The translations under genes and the position numbers were made by a program. Source: a virus (taxonomy: Duplodnaviria; Caudoviricetes). From it: DNA of 38,086 nucleotides. Each line of letters begins with the position of its first letter. The first letter of the stretch is position 1. The stretch spans positions 1 through 38,086 of IMG/VR virus record IMGVR_UViG_3300032373_001184; one strand, given 5' to 3'. This document shows positions 1-7,981 of the stretch, piece after piece. The notes beneath the pieces are model-generated. The model was not told where the DNA came from and ran no database searches. It saw nothing but the letters and a program-made list of their open reading frames with translations.

Positions 1-1128
1 TTAACCCATACTATCAGCTAAATTGTCAGCAAAAGGGTTGAAGTTTCGCTTAAGTTTTAAGTGTTCACCTTTGATATATTTAGCGTAATTTTTGATAATC
101 ATTTCGCTATTTGTGTGTCCTACCATCTGCGCAATATCTAAGATACTAAAGTGACCACTTTTTAGCATATTTGTTATGAACGTATGCCTGGTGTTATATA
201 GTATCTTATATTCCATCTTACACGTTTCTAGCAAATTCTTCCAGTGTGGTGTTAGCGTTTTAGTTCCAAAGAACATTTCGTTCGTATTTGGGTTCTGAAA
301 CACTACAAGACTTTTATTTTTTCTAGCAATCTCAAACTGTGACTTAACGTAAGGTATAAGCGGTTCCAAGATAGGAATATCTCTTATACTGCTTTTCGTC
401 TTTGGCGTGTTAAGTTCACCTTGACGTATACGTCTATTAATAGAAATAGTGCCATTGTCTAAATCTATATCACTCCATCTAAGAGCTAGAAGTTCACCTA
501 ATCTTGCACCAGTAAAAAATGCAAATGCCAAGAAGTTTTTTAACCATCCATCTGAAGATTTTAAAAGTATTTCAACTTCTTCTTTTGTGAATGGATCAAC
601 TTCTTTTTTAACGTGCTTTGGTAGTTTGATATTTAATGCCACATTTGATACAATATCTTCGTAATCAATCGCAACACTTAGTATCGCACTAATAGCACTT
701 AAAAGAGTTCTAGCTCTTTTAGGCGTGATTTCTTCAAGCTTTTCATCAATAAAACTTTTAACATCAACTCTTCTTATTTCATCAACTCTTTTTTTACCAA
801 ATACAGGCAAAAGCTGATTAACAACTATGTTTTTTAGCTCTCTATAGGTCTTTATATTCTCTTTAGAGAGTAAGAACTTGCTTGCATAGTGTTCAAAAGT
901 TTTAGGTGCATTCTCTTTTTCGTCAAACTCACCGTTAATGATGGCTGCTTCAAGTTTTGGTATTACACTTCTTTTTATAAGCGTTCTATTTGCTTTAGAA
1001 TCAGTTAAACCGCTACTTCTTTGTAGCTTTTTACCGTTTACAATGAACTGCAAATAGAGCTTAGAACCTCTTGTAAATATACTAACCAAATTGTTTCCTT
1101 TTTGGTCAGCCGATTTTGCAACGCTCAT
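1..1128 (-). CDS. int: Tyrosine integrase with N-terminal arm-binding domain
   Basis: TGARLGEL (R), PKT (K), YNTRHTF, GH, NYAKY catalytic motifs. Confidence 0.95.
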   Translation of the reverse strand: MSVAKSADQKGNNLVSIFTRGSKLYLQFIVNGKKLQRSSGLTDSKANRTLIKRSVIPKLEAAIINGEFDEKENAPKTFEHYASKFLLSKENIKTYRELKNIVVNQLLPVFGKKRVDEIRRVDVKSFIDEKLEEITPKRARTLLSAISAILSVAIDYEDIVSNVALNIKLPKHVKKEVDPFTKEEVEILLKSSDGWLKNFLAFAFFTGARLGELLALRWSDIDLDNGTISINRRIRQGELNTPKTKSSIRDIPILEPLIPYVKSQFEIARKNKSLVVFQNPNTNEMFFGTKTLTPHWKNLLETCKMEYKILYNTRHTFITNMLKSGHFSILDIAQMVGHTNSEMIIKNYAKYIKGEHLKLKRNFNPFADNLADSMG

Positions 1129-1130
1129 GA

Positions 1131-1379
1131 TTATACCTTTTTTAAACTTTTCTTCATTTTTTCAACAAAATCACTTGCTATTTCATCATCTTCATTTGTA
1201 ACTGTTGTTCTTGCCCATTCACGCATTTTTTCAACATTCCAAAGAGTATATTTTCTACCTTTTGGAATAGCGAAATGAACACCATCAATAAAGAGGTCAC
1301 CTTTACTTTCTGCAAGGAATTTTTCATTTCCCTCAATGACTTTAGAGAGTAGGGTGCCAGTGCTTACAAATTCTTGCAT
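1131..1379 (-). CDS. Putative excisionase / wHTH DNA-binding protein (82 aa)
   Basis: Directly upstream of int; AAGGA RBS before ATG 1379 (shorter than the ORF track); GVHF...LWNVEKMREW xis-like pattern. Confidence 0.6.
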   Translation of the reverse strand: MQEFVSTGTLLSKVIEGNEKFLAESKGDLFIDGVHFAIPKGRKYTLWNVEKMREWARTTVTNEDDEIASDFVEKMKKSLKKV

Positions 1380-1401
1380 GATATGTCCTTTATATGAATT
1401 A

Positions 1402-1697
1402 ATATGAACGGCATGAGCCGTCAAGTGTTGTATTTTTCTACGTACTCTTTAACTTCTGGGTATCTTCTGACAAAGCCGTTTAGGAAGTTTTGCATGTTAT
1501 TTTCACGTTCAGTTAAAACTTTTTTGAACTTTGCAATATCTCTTTTTTGCTCTATCATCTGGAAAACAAGTTCAATGAAGTTATTGTGTTCAAGTGGTGG
1601 GAGCTTTGAGCGCGGGTGTCTATTTTCTATTTGCTTTGGCTTAGATTCCAACTGTGTTTGAAGAAGTGCTATTGTTGTGTTTTGGGTTAGGATTATT
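1402..1697. repeat. Diverged direct repeat, copy A (partner 37030-37333): antirepressor C-terminal domain plus 3' hairpin
   Basis: tatgaacggcatgagccgtcaagtgttgtatttttc vs tatgaacggtatgagccgtcaggtattgtatttttc; similarity continues for ~300 bp. Confidence 0.85.
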
Positions 1698-2029
1698 TGC
1701 TTTAGGTCTGTTTGACCTGAGTGGTGTTCTTTATCGACCTTGATAAAATATTGTCTAGCTTCACGACCTTTTTCATTGTTTTCTACCATTGCAAGTTCTT
1801 TTGCCATATCGAGAGTTATGTAATACTCTTTTAGTGTTGCGTTGTTACCTTGCTTTTTGGTTTCGATTATGATGTAGTCTTGATTTTCTATGAAGCCGTA
1901 TTTAGAAATTCTATCTTTTATCCAATTGGCATATATTTTCTTAACTTCTAAAAATGAATGTAGTTCTCTTGCATTTACTGAATTAGTGTTATCAGCAACT
2001 TGTTTTGAATGAATTTTAACCATTTGCAT
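1421..2029 (-). CDS. AntA/AntB-family antirepressor-like protein with shared C-terminal domain
   Basis: VNARELHSFLEV...WIKDRI...F.ENQDY...EYYITLDMAKELAMVENNEKGREARQYFI is the AntA signature. Confidence 0.85.
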   Translation of the reverse strand: MQMVKIHSKQVADNTNSVNARELHSFLEVKKIYANWIKDRISKYGFIENQDYIIIETKKQGNNATLKEYYITLDMAKELAMVENNEKGREARQYFIKVDKEHHSGQTDLKQIILTQNTTIALLQTQLESKPKQIENRHPRSKLPPLEHNNFIELVFQMIEQKRDIAKFKKVLTERENNMQNFLNGFVRRYPEVKEYVEKYNT

Positions 2030-2056
2030 ATCACTTCCTTATCGTTTGATAAGCAA

Positions 2057-2111
2057 AGTATAGCCAATTAATAACTAATATGTCAATAGTTTGATATGTA
2101 AATGATATGTA
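2057..2111 (-). promoter_or_regulatory. Sigma70 promoter of the antA gene, with TACATATCA direct repeats (candidate RHH operator)
   Basis: Minus strand TTGACA (2086-2081)-N18-TATACT (2062-2057); tgatatgta at 2092-2100 and 2103-2111. Confidence 0.65.
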
Positions 2112-2139
2112 TTTGGCTTTTCTTTTTTAGGAAAAGCGA

Positions 2140-2292
2140 CTATTTGCCTTTTAAATCGCTTGTGATAAGATACATAATATATTGAGTTAGAGGTAATCCA
2201 ACTTCATCAGCTTTCTTTTGTAACTCTTCTTTTTGCTTATCGCTCAATCTTAATTGTGTGATATTACTTCCCTTCTTCTCTTCTGCCATCAT
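2140..2292 (-). CDS. Small ribbon-helix-helix regulator (50 aa; not in ORF track)
   Basis: MMAEEKKGSNITQLRLSDKQKEELQKKADEVGLPLTQYIMYLITSDLKGK; AAGGA RBS; beta-helix-G-helix RHH pattern. Confidence 0.75.
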   Translation of the reverse strand: MMAEEKKGSNITQLRLSDKQKEELQKKADEVGLPLTQYIMYLITSDLKGK

Positions 2293-2400
2293 AAATCCTT
2301 TTATGAGTTAAATTTCATAGTGCTTACTATTAAGTTTTGATTTATTATAAATTTATTGTAATTTTAGCTAAATATAATATAGTATTAATGAAGTTGTAAA

Positions 2401-2523
2401 TTATGGTTTTGGTTCTGTTTGGTATTTTCTTTCACGATCCATTGTAGAAGTACAAATTTGCATTACAAGAGCACCGCCTAATACGAATGAAAAACCAATT
2501 AGAAATATGAATATGCCTGTCAT
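2401..2523 (-). CDS. Small membrane protein (40 aa; not in ORF track)
   Basis: MTGIFIFLIGFSFVLGGALVMQICTSTMDRERKYQTEPKP; AGGAG RBS; ATGA overlap with upstream gene. Confidence 0.6.
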   Translation of the reverse strand: MTGIFIFLIGFSFVLGGALVMQICTSTMDRERKYQTEPKP

Positions 2524-2855
2524 TTTTTACTCCTAAATTTACGTACACCTACAATAGACCTCACTCGTTCATGTCCATTTAATGATTTATGAATTTCTTC
2601 AATTTTTTTAATTAAGTCTATATGTTCTACTATAGGAATATTTAGTGAAAATTTAGTATTTATAAGAGTATCTATAAGCATTGGAGACAATCCAAGCGAA
2701 CTATCAATTTGTTTTTTCATTAAATTTGATGTTTCATTCCAAGCTTCTAACAATGGTTGATTAATAGGCATAATCTGACAATTAGGCGTTATCTTACCAA
2801 TTAGCATATTTTGCTGTGTGTTTTCTACAAAACCACCTGTTGCTACTATTTTCAT
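2520..2855 (-). CDS. Hypothetical protein
   Basis: 111-aa ORF with ATGA overlaps in the leftward operon. Confidence 0.65.
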   Translation of the reverse strand: MKIVATGGFVENTQQNMLIGKITPNCQIMPINQPLLEAWNETSNLMKKQIDSSLGLSPMLIDTLINTKFSLNIPIVEHIDLIKKIEEIHKSLNGHERVRSIVGVRKFRSKK

Positions 2856-3523
2856 TTCTCAACCCTCTCAAATTCATAAACAAACACATATGGATTATCT
2901 TCCCATTTATCCCCATCTTTAGTGGTTGAGTTCCATAAACTGATAAAACTTTCTCTTGGAAATTTTATATTAAAGTTTGGATATTTTTCTAAATAGTCTC
3001 TGAACCACTCTCCACTTTTTTCTTCAACTTCTATTCCCTCACTGATACAATCTTGCTCACTAATATCTTGCAACCGTTCGACCTTAACACCAATGACTTT
3101 TAGGAAGATACGAGCGTACTCTTTTGGCATGTGTATTGATGGTTTCCATTTAATTATTTTTGTGTACTCTCTATTATCTTTTTTGAGATGATTAATTTCT
3201 GTAGCTTTATATAAAGGCTCATCATAGTTTAAACCAATGTTTTGCTTTTCAAGTCCTTTTTTGTCTTGCCATGTTTCTCTAACATAAAGAACATCACCGA
3301 CTTGGTATTTAGGTTTTTCTATGTAATTATGTAATCTTCCATCTTTACACCAATAGCACCATTGAAGAGGGTTTTTATTATACATATCAGTATATATGTC
3401 TTTACATGCGCTAATTGATGGCTGAATATTACAAGCTCTCCGTGTCTGCGTTTTACGTCCATCTAAAATAGCTTTAACCATTTGAGTATTAAATAATATT
3501 GGTTTAGTTTTCGTTGATTTCAT
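2852..3523 (-). CDS. Conserved phage ASCH/PUA-like domain protein
   Basis: PILFNTQMVKAILDGRKTQTRR, GDVLYVRETW, WKPSIHMP, VERLQDISE, NPYVFVYEF; start chosen at MKSTK. Confidence 0.8.
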   Translation of the reverse strand: MKSTKTKPILFNTQMVKAILDGRKTQTRRACNIQPSISACKDIYTDMYNKNPLQWCYWCKDGRLHNYIEKPKYQVGDVLYVRETWQDKKGLEKQNIGLNYDEPLYKATEINHLKKDNREYTKIIKWKPSIHMPKEYARIFLKVIGVKVERLQDISEQDCISEGIEVEEKSGEWFRDYLEKYPNFNIKFPRESFISLWNSTTKDGDKWEDNPYVFVYEFERVEK

Positions 3524-3728
3524 CTGTAATACTTTTAATTTCTTTACCATATTTGACAATAGTTTTTCTTACTCCACCATTATCATTGATCTCTTTTACT
3601 GCAAAAAATGTGATTACTCCATATACAATGAATATAAACAAAGTTACTCCACCAATTACAAGAAATATGTTTCTTCTAAATTTACTATTTGTTTTTCTAA
3701 AATCGTTATTAAATGAATTACCTATCAT
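3504..3728 (-). CDS. Single-pass membrane protein
   Basis: Hydrophobic segment IFLVIGGVTLFIFIVYGVITFFAV; AGGA RBS. Confidence 0.65.
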   Translation of the reverse strand: MIGNSFNNDFRKTNSKFRRNIFLVIGGVTLFIFIVYGVITFFAVKEINDNGGVRKTIVKYGKEIKSITDEINEN

Positions 3729-3864
3729 AATTTCCTACCTTTATATTTGTGTACATAAACGCTTTAAGCTCTTCAATAGATTTTGGTTCTCGTTTGTAGA
3801 GCAACATAAATTCATCACATTTTTTGTGTGCAAGTTCTTGTTCATATGCTTCAAGTTTATTCAT
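3718..3864 (-). CDS. Small hypothetical protein (48 aa), apparent paralog of 3857-4063
   Basis: MNKLEAYEQELAHKKCDEFMLLYKREPKSIEELKAFMYTNIKVGNYDR; GGAGGA RBS. Confidence 0.65.
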   Translation of the reverse strand: MNKLEAYEQELAHKKCDEFMLLYKREPKSIEELKAFMYTNIKVGNYDR

Positions 3865-4063
3865 TTAATCCTCCGAACTGTTCAACAAAAGATGTATCTA
3901 CTTCACCAAAAGCAGTACCTTGATTTTCAATAATCCATTCGCCATACTCACTACGCAAGAACTCGATTAGCTCTTCTTTTGATGGATCACGTCCAGTTAA
4001 TTTTTTATATAAAACTGTTTTTTCAAAAGCATTCTCTTTTTGGTACTCTTCAAAAGTTTTCAA
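3857..4063 (-). CDS. Small hypothetical protein
   Basis: 68-aa ORF, TTG start with AAGG RBS. Confidence 0.65.
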   Translation of the reverse strand: MKTFEEYQKENAFEKTVLYKKLTGRDPSKEELIEFLRSEYGEWIIENQGTAFGEVDTSFVEQFGGLNE

Positions 4064-4085
4064 TTTTAGCCTTTAGTTTTTAGTA

Positions 4086-4262
4086 TTAATCTAAAGTTTG
4101 ACCATATTTGGCAACCCATCTAGCACATGCTACTTGTTCGCTAACATGATTCATTTCATGTGAACCATTTAATGCATTTAGTACTTGTGCTTTCTCTGCT
4201 CTTGAAAGAGAGCTATAATTTTTTGCGCCTTTTTTCATTACTTCAAATATTTTTAATTGCAT
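4086..4262 (-). CDS. Small hypothetical protein (58 aa; not in ORF track)
   Basis: MQLKIFEVMKKGAKNYSSLSRAEKAQVLNALNG...; AGGAG RBS; fills an operon gap. Confidence 0.6.
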   Translation of the reverse strand: MQLKIFEVMKKGAKNYSSLSRAEKAQVLNALNGSHEMNHVSEQVACARWVAKYGQTLD

Positions 4263-4272
4263 ATTTTAGCTC

Positions 4273-5130
4273 CTACTCTTCTTCCATTTCAACACCATCT
4301 AAATTAGATAAATCTAAAAGTGCATTGTTTTGATAGATACCTACTAATAGTTTTTCCAAGTCATTGTTTAAATCGTTATATACAATCACACCTTCACGTG
4401 TTAAGTATTTTCCATTAACTTCCATAGTAATGATTGAATACAAATTATTAGAAGTTTTTCTCCATTTATCATCGGAGATAGATTTGTCGTCTCTTTCTTC
4501 ATCTTTTCTTCTGTTAATGTGTAGTGATATGCCGTATTTATCTCCATCTTTTTCAGTAAAAAGGTTTAAGTGAGTAACGCATCCACCAGTTTCAAAATGG
4601 TAGTCAGTGTCTCTTTCATGCAAAGTAAACTCAAAAGTTCTATTAGAGTTGTATTCAAAGTATTGCATGAAATCATCTAAGTCACGAGGTTCTTCATCAC
4701 AACTACAGTTGTCATATTTGGATTCTTCATATGCATTTTCATAAAATAATTCCAAAAGTTTATTAGTTGTTGCTGGTTCTTTTGTAACACCTAAAAAGAT
4801 GTCAATCTCTTTTTTGATTTTTTTCTCTAACTCTTCTTTGTGAGCTTTTTCTATACCTTGTAGGTTGCTCTTTACAATTTCAGTTGCAATTGCACCAAAC
4901 TGTGGAAGATTTACAGAATTAATATTAAACTCTATTTCATTTTTTAGTTTTTCGTTTAATGATTTTGAAAAATCACCATAAGAGCTAAACATATCTCTAG
5001 CAACTTCTTTAACTACGCTTTCAATTTGTGTATTAAAAATACCCTGAATATCTACCTTTTTAATGCCGTCTATTACGATGTCTTTTATTGACTCTTCTAG
5101 TATGTTTTGTACTGCTTCTTTCGTGTCCAT
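4273..5130 (-). CDS. Hypothetical phage protein (acidic, 285 aa)
   Basis: Long ORF with AGGAG RBS; no recognised motif. Confidence 0.75.
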   Translation of the reverse strand: MDTKEAVQNILEESIKDIVIDGIKKVDIQGIFNTQIESVVKEVARDMFSSYGDFSKSLNEKLKNEIEFNINSVNLPQFGAIATEIVKSNLQGIEKAHKEELEKKIKKEIDIFLGVTKEPATTNKLLELFYENAYEESKYDNCSCDEEPRDLDDFMQYFEYNSNRTFEFTLHERDTDYHFETGGCVTHLNLFTEKDGDKYGISLHINRRKDEERDDKSISDDKWRKTSNNLYSIITMEVNGKYLTREGVIVYNDLNNDLEKLLVGIYQNNALLDLSNLDGVEMEEE

Positions 5131-5147
5131 TTTATATCTCCTGTATT

Positions 5148-5330
5148 TTAAAAGTTTTCTGGGTCGTTCATAAGCTCTATTTTGTCCATGTAGTCAATAG
5201 CTTTATTGTATGTGTGGCAGAGCTGTACAATTACTTCTTCACCTATTTTTTCGAACTCATAGACAAGCCAAAAACCATTTTCTGATTTTGCAATTTTGTA
5301 GCTTTTAGGTTCTACAACTTCATCGCTCAT
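5148..5330 (-). CDS. Hypothetical protein (60 aa, MSDEVVEPK...)
   Basis: GGAG RBS before ATG 5330; shorter than the ORF-track call. Confidence 0.6.
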   Translation of the reverse strand: MSDEVVEPKSYKIAKSENGFWLVYEFEKIGEEVIVQLCHTYNKAIDYMDKIELMNDPENF

Positions 5331-5481
5331 TTTTTGCGTTCTCCGTTTTATTGCCGATGCAAGACGTTTCTCTTGTATCTTTACTTTTTGCTTGCGTTGC
5401 AGCTTCCATTGTTTCAAACGTCTCTTCTATCTCTTCGCCGTTTTCACCTTTTGCTAGGTAGTACCATACGATTCCGTCCAT
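5320..5481 (-). CDS. Hypothetical protein (53 aa; not in ORF track)
   Basis: MDGIVWYYLAKGENGEEIEETFETMEAATQAK...; AAGGA RBS. Confidence 0.55.
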   Translation of the reverse strand: MDGIVWYYLAKGENGEEIEETFETMEAATQAKSKDTRETSCIGNKTENAKNER

Positions 5482-5489
5482 TGTTTTCC

Positions 5490-5511
5490 TTAGTATTGGT
5501 GTTGATTATTT
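5490..5511. repeat. 22-bp perfect direct repeat, copy 1
   Basis: ttagtattggtgttgattattt, identical at 6314-6335. Confidence 0.9.
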
Positions 5512-5518
5512 ACTAATT

Positions 5519-6304
5519 TCAAATTACACAAAAGCAGTCTTGCACTGGTTCAAAATCAAATTCAAACGTGGCTTGTCTGTCTTTTTTCACAAATAGTTTT
5601 TCCATGTCTGCACAATATAGTTTGTCATGCCATGCTGGGTCATGTTTTTCACCATTGTCTTTTCGTAGATCATGTAATTTATTTTCTACTTCAACCATGT
5701 AGTCCCAATGCTTGGGGTAGTGTTTCCATACCATGTACTTATCATCTAAGCGTTGTTTTGGGCATACTGCACAACCAGTACGTGAGAAATGTTGATATAG
5801 CTTGTTTTCCATTTGATTTAATTTTAAATATGTTTGTACATCAGCTTCATCCCATCCCCATTCTATTAAAGGTGCTCTATACTTGAATAAGCCCATATTT
5901 GTAGCGCGTTCTGTTTCTGTAGATGTGTAGCCTGCATACTTGATATAGTTTGTAATGCCTTGTTCTTTAAGCCATCTTGCTAGTGGGTACTCTTTGGACT
6001 CTCTTCGCCAAAAGCAAGGTAATGAGACTCTTGGAGTACCGCGTATCATTCCAATTTTTTCACCCTTTGTCGTTTTGCCAAATGTCCATGACTCAAAACT
6101 TTTACTTGGATGTAATCTGATTATTTTCTTTTTATATTTACGTTGGAAGAATACGTCTAATTTGTCTATATACTCATACATTTCATCATGTTCAAGTCCA
6201 GTATCATTAAATACTATATAGTCCACTGGTTCACCTAACTCTAAGAGTCTAAGCGTCATAGCGGTTGAGTCTTGCCCCCCACTTAGCATTGAAATATGTG
6301 TCAT
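5519..6304 (-). CDS. PAPS-reductase-family (PP-loop) protein
   Basis: SGGQDS PP-loop, FNDTGLE, PLIEWGW, SRTGCAVCP, C-terminal CFC. Confidence 0.85.
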   Translation of the reverse strand: MTHISMLSGGQDSTAMTLRLLELGEPVDYIVFNDTGLEHDEMYEYIDKLDVFFQRKYKKKIIRLHPSKSFESWTFGKTTKGEKIGMIRGTPRVSLPCFWRRESKEYPLARWLKEQGITNYIKYAGYTSTETERATNMGLFKYRAPLIEWGWDEADVQTYLKLNQMENKLYQHFSRTGCAVCPKQRLDDKYMVWKHYPKHWDYMVEVENKLHDLRKDNGEKHDPAWHDKLYCADMEKLFVKKDRQATFEFDFEPVQDCFCVI

Positions 6305-6313
6305 GAACGACCT

Positions 6314-6335
6314 TTAGTATTGGTGTTGATTATTT
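6314..6335. repeat. 22-bp perfect direct repeat, copy 2 (forms the 3' end of ssb)
   Basis: ttagtattggtgttgattattt. Confidence 0.9.
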
Positions 6336-6664
6336 GGATTGGAATCTAACATCTGCATTGTTTCAACGGTGACTTGATGTTTGCTGCGTTTTTGACTTGT
6401 CGCATTGTCCGTCCATTGATCTAGAGTTAGACGACCCTCGACTAATATCTTTGAGCCTTTGCGCAAATATTGATTTGCAACTTCAGCCGAACGTCCAAAG
6501 AATGTAATGTCAATAAACATTACTTCATCTTTTTGCTGACCGTTGGGAGCTTTAAACTTACGGCTTGTGGCAATTGCAGTTTTTGCTATTGCTAAAGAGC
6601 TTTGAGTGTATTTAAGCTCAATATCACGTGCAAGGTGACCTACTAATATGACTTTATTAAACAT
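6314..6664 (-). CDS. ssb: Single-stranded DNA-binding protein (OB fold only, no acidic tail)
   Basis: MFNKVILVGHLARDIEL...FFGRSAEVANQYLRKGSKILVEGRL. Confidence 0.95.
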   Translation of the reverse strand: MFNKVILVGHLARDIELKYTQSSLAIAKTAIATSRKFKAPNGQQKDEVMFIDITFFGRSAEVANQYLRKGSKILVEGRLTLDQWTDNATSQKRSKHQVTVETMQMLDSNPNNQHQY

Positions 6665-6794
6665 CTTTAGACTTTGAAAATCTAACAGTGTATATTTTTT
6701 CTCTATTTACAGCTTCAGCTAAAGAGATTTTTCGCTTTACAGGTGTTAATTTTCTTCTAAAATGTGCGTTTGGTTCTCCTAGTTTTGGATGCAA
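6657..6794 (-). CDS. Small basic protein, first gene of the leftward operon (45 aa; not in ORF track)
   Basis: TTG start after GAGGA; MHPKLGEPNAHFRRKLTPVKRKISLAEAVNREKIYTVRFSKSKDV; overlaps the ssb start. Confidence 0.55.
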   Translation of the reverse strand: MHPKLGEPNAHFRRKLTPVKRKISLAEAVNREKIYTVRFSKSKDV

Positions 6795-6823
6795 TAGTTA
6801 TCCTCTGTATATAGATTTATATT

Positions 6824-7060
6824 TTTACACTCACGCAACCGCCGTGAAAATGAGAAGTTTTCTTTTTAAGGGAGTAAAAGCAATAAGGGGCTTGCTTCGG
6901 CGGTTGGGTGAATGTAAATTAGCTATTTGGTGGCTACCCCTTGTTTCCAACACTCCTACCGTAGTTGAGTGCGGTACTTCTGAGTCATAACATAAACTCA
7001 AAGCTCTCGCCATTGCCATATCACATGGTTATGTGCAACTCCTTGGTGATTGGTTGCATG
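6824..7060 (-). ncRNA. Structured GC-rich leader RNA of the leftward (pL-like) transcript
   Basis: 21-bp stem 6824-6844/6898-6918 with inner hairpins, plus four further hairpins up to 7058. Confidence 0.55.
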
Positions 7061-7066
7061 AGAGAA

Positions 7067-7118
7067 TGTTAGCTTAGATAACATTAAATAGAGCTTAATA
7101 TTGTTAGTATAAATAACA
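7067..7118. promoter_or_regulatory. OL-like operators (2 x TGTTA-N7-TAACA) overlapping the pL-like promoter
   Basis: tgttagcttagataaca 7067-7083; tgttagtataaataaca 7102-7118. Confidence 0.8.
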
Positions 7119-7157
7119 TTATGATATGCTTTTGGAAAAAGTTAGTAAGGAGCTAAT

Positions 7158-7373
7158 GTGAAAAATAACAAAGAAGTACTAATTGATCTTGATAAGGATT
7201 TAGATAAATTAAAAAAGTCCCTATATAGTAAAGATACATTAAAGCTTGATGAGGAAGATATGATAGTTCTAAAATCAGTTAATGCTAAATTTAAAGATAT
7301 AATTGGGTTAATAAATTACTTAGTAAGGAATCAACGTGAACTCAGCACATCGTCTGGCTTTAATTGCAAATAA
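7158..7373 (+). CDS. Hypothetical immunity-region accessory protein
   Basis: GTG start with AAGGAG RBS. Confidence 0.65.
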   Translation: MKNNKEVLIDLDKDLDKLKKSLYSKDTLKLDEEDMIVLKSVNAKFKDIIGLINYLVRNQRELSTSSGFNCK

Positions 7374-7980
7374 AATTAAATCAACAATAGGCATTATAGC
7401 ATTTGAAGTTTTTGAAAACGTATTTGAGGTCGAAGGATGTATTGCTGTTTCTAATAAGCTTAGACTATGTGAAGCCCAAATAGATATTTTAGAAGAAAAA
7501 GCCCATCCAGACCTTATTATTTTTCTTAGAACTATTTTTGGATGTAAATCGCTTCAACGTAATATTTCAAATGAGCGAAATGGCATACAGACACATATTG
7601 TTACTCTTGAAACAGTAAGTCAATATATGCCAGAAGAAAATATAGATGAAAAACTTATTAAAGAGTTATCTGATGCTTTAACTAAAATGAGAGCAGAGAT
7701 TGATAGCTCAGATACAGCAACACACTATAAAGATGTACTTTATAGTTTTGTCGAAGAAATGTTTGAGGGTATCGTTGATATTGAAATTGGTGGAGTTAAA
7801 GCTTTTTCTTCTCATGTAGAGCAAGCAAGTGGGAAAGTCATTCTTTACAATGAAGCATTTAAAAATAGCGGTTTTTCAAATCAAGCTAGTGATATTTTTA
7901 CTAAATCAACAGAGATATTAAGCAAAGCTCAAACATGGAGTGGTGCATTGGGCTTTATGGGTAAGTTTTTAGGGTCATAA
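7336..7980 (+). CDS. Hypothetical immunity-region accessory protein (214 aa)
   Basis: GTG start with TAAGGA RBS; convergent with cI. Confidence 0.75.
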   Translation: MNSAHRLALIANKIKSTIGIIAFEVFENVFEVEGCIAVSNKLRLCEAQIDILEEKAHPDLIIFLRTIFGCKSLQRNISNERNGIQTHIVTLETVSQYMPEENIDEKLIKELSDALTKMRAEIDSSDTATHYKDVLYSFVEEMFEGIVDIEIGGVKAFSSHVEQASGKVILYNEAFKNSGFSNQASDIFTKSTEILSKAQTWSGALGFMGKFLGS

Positions 7981-7981
7981 T

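Noticed and set aside
6688-7019. ORF-track calls 6688-6990(+) and 6831-7019(-), and a possible tRNA here
   Set aside because: No RBS and atypical composition; better explained as a structured leader; no T-loop GTTC arm or cloverleaf seen
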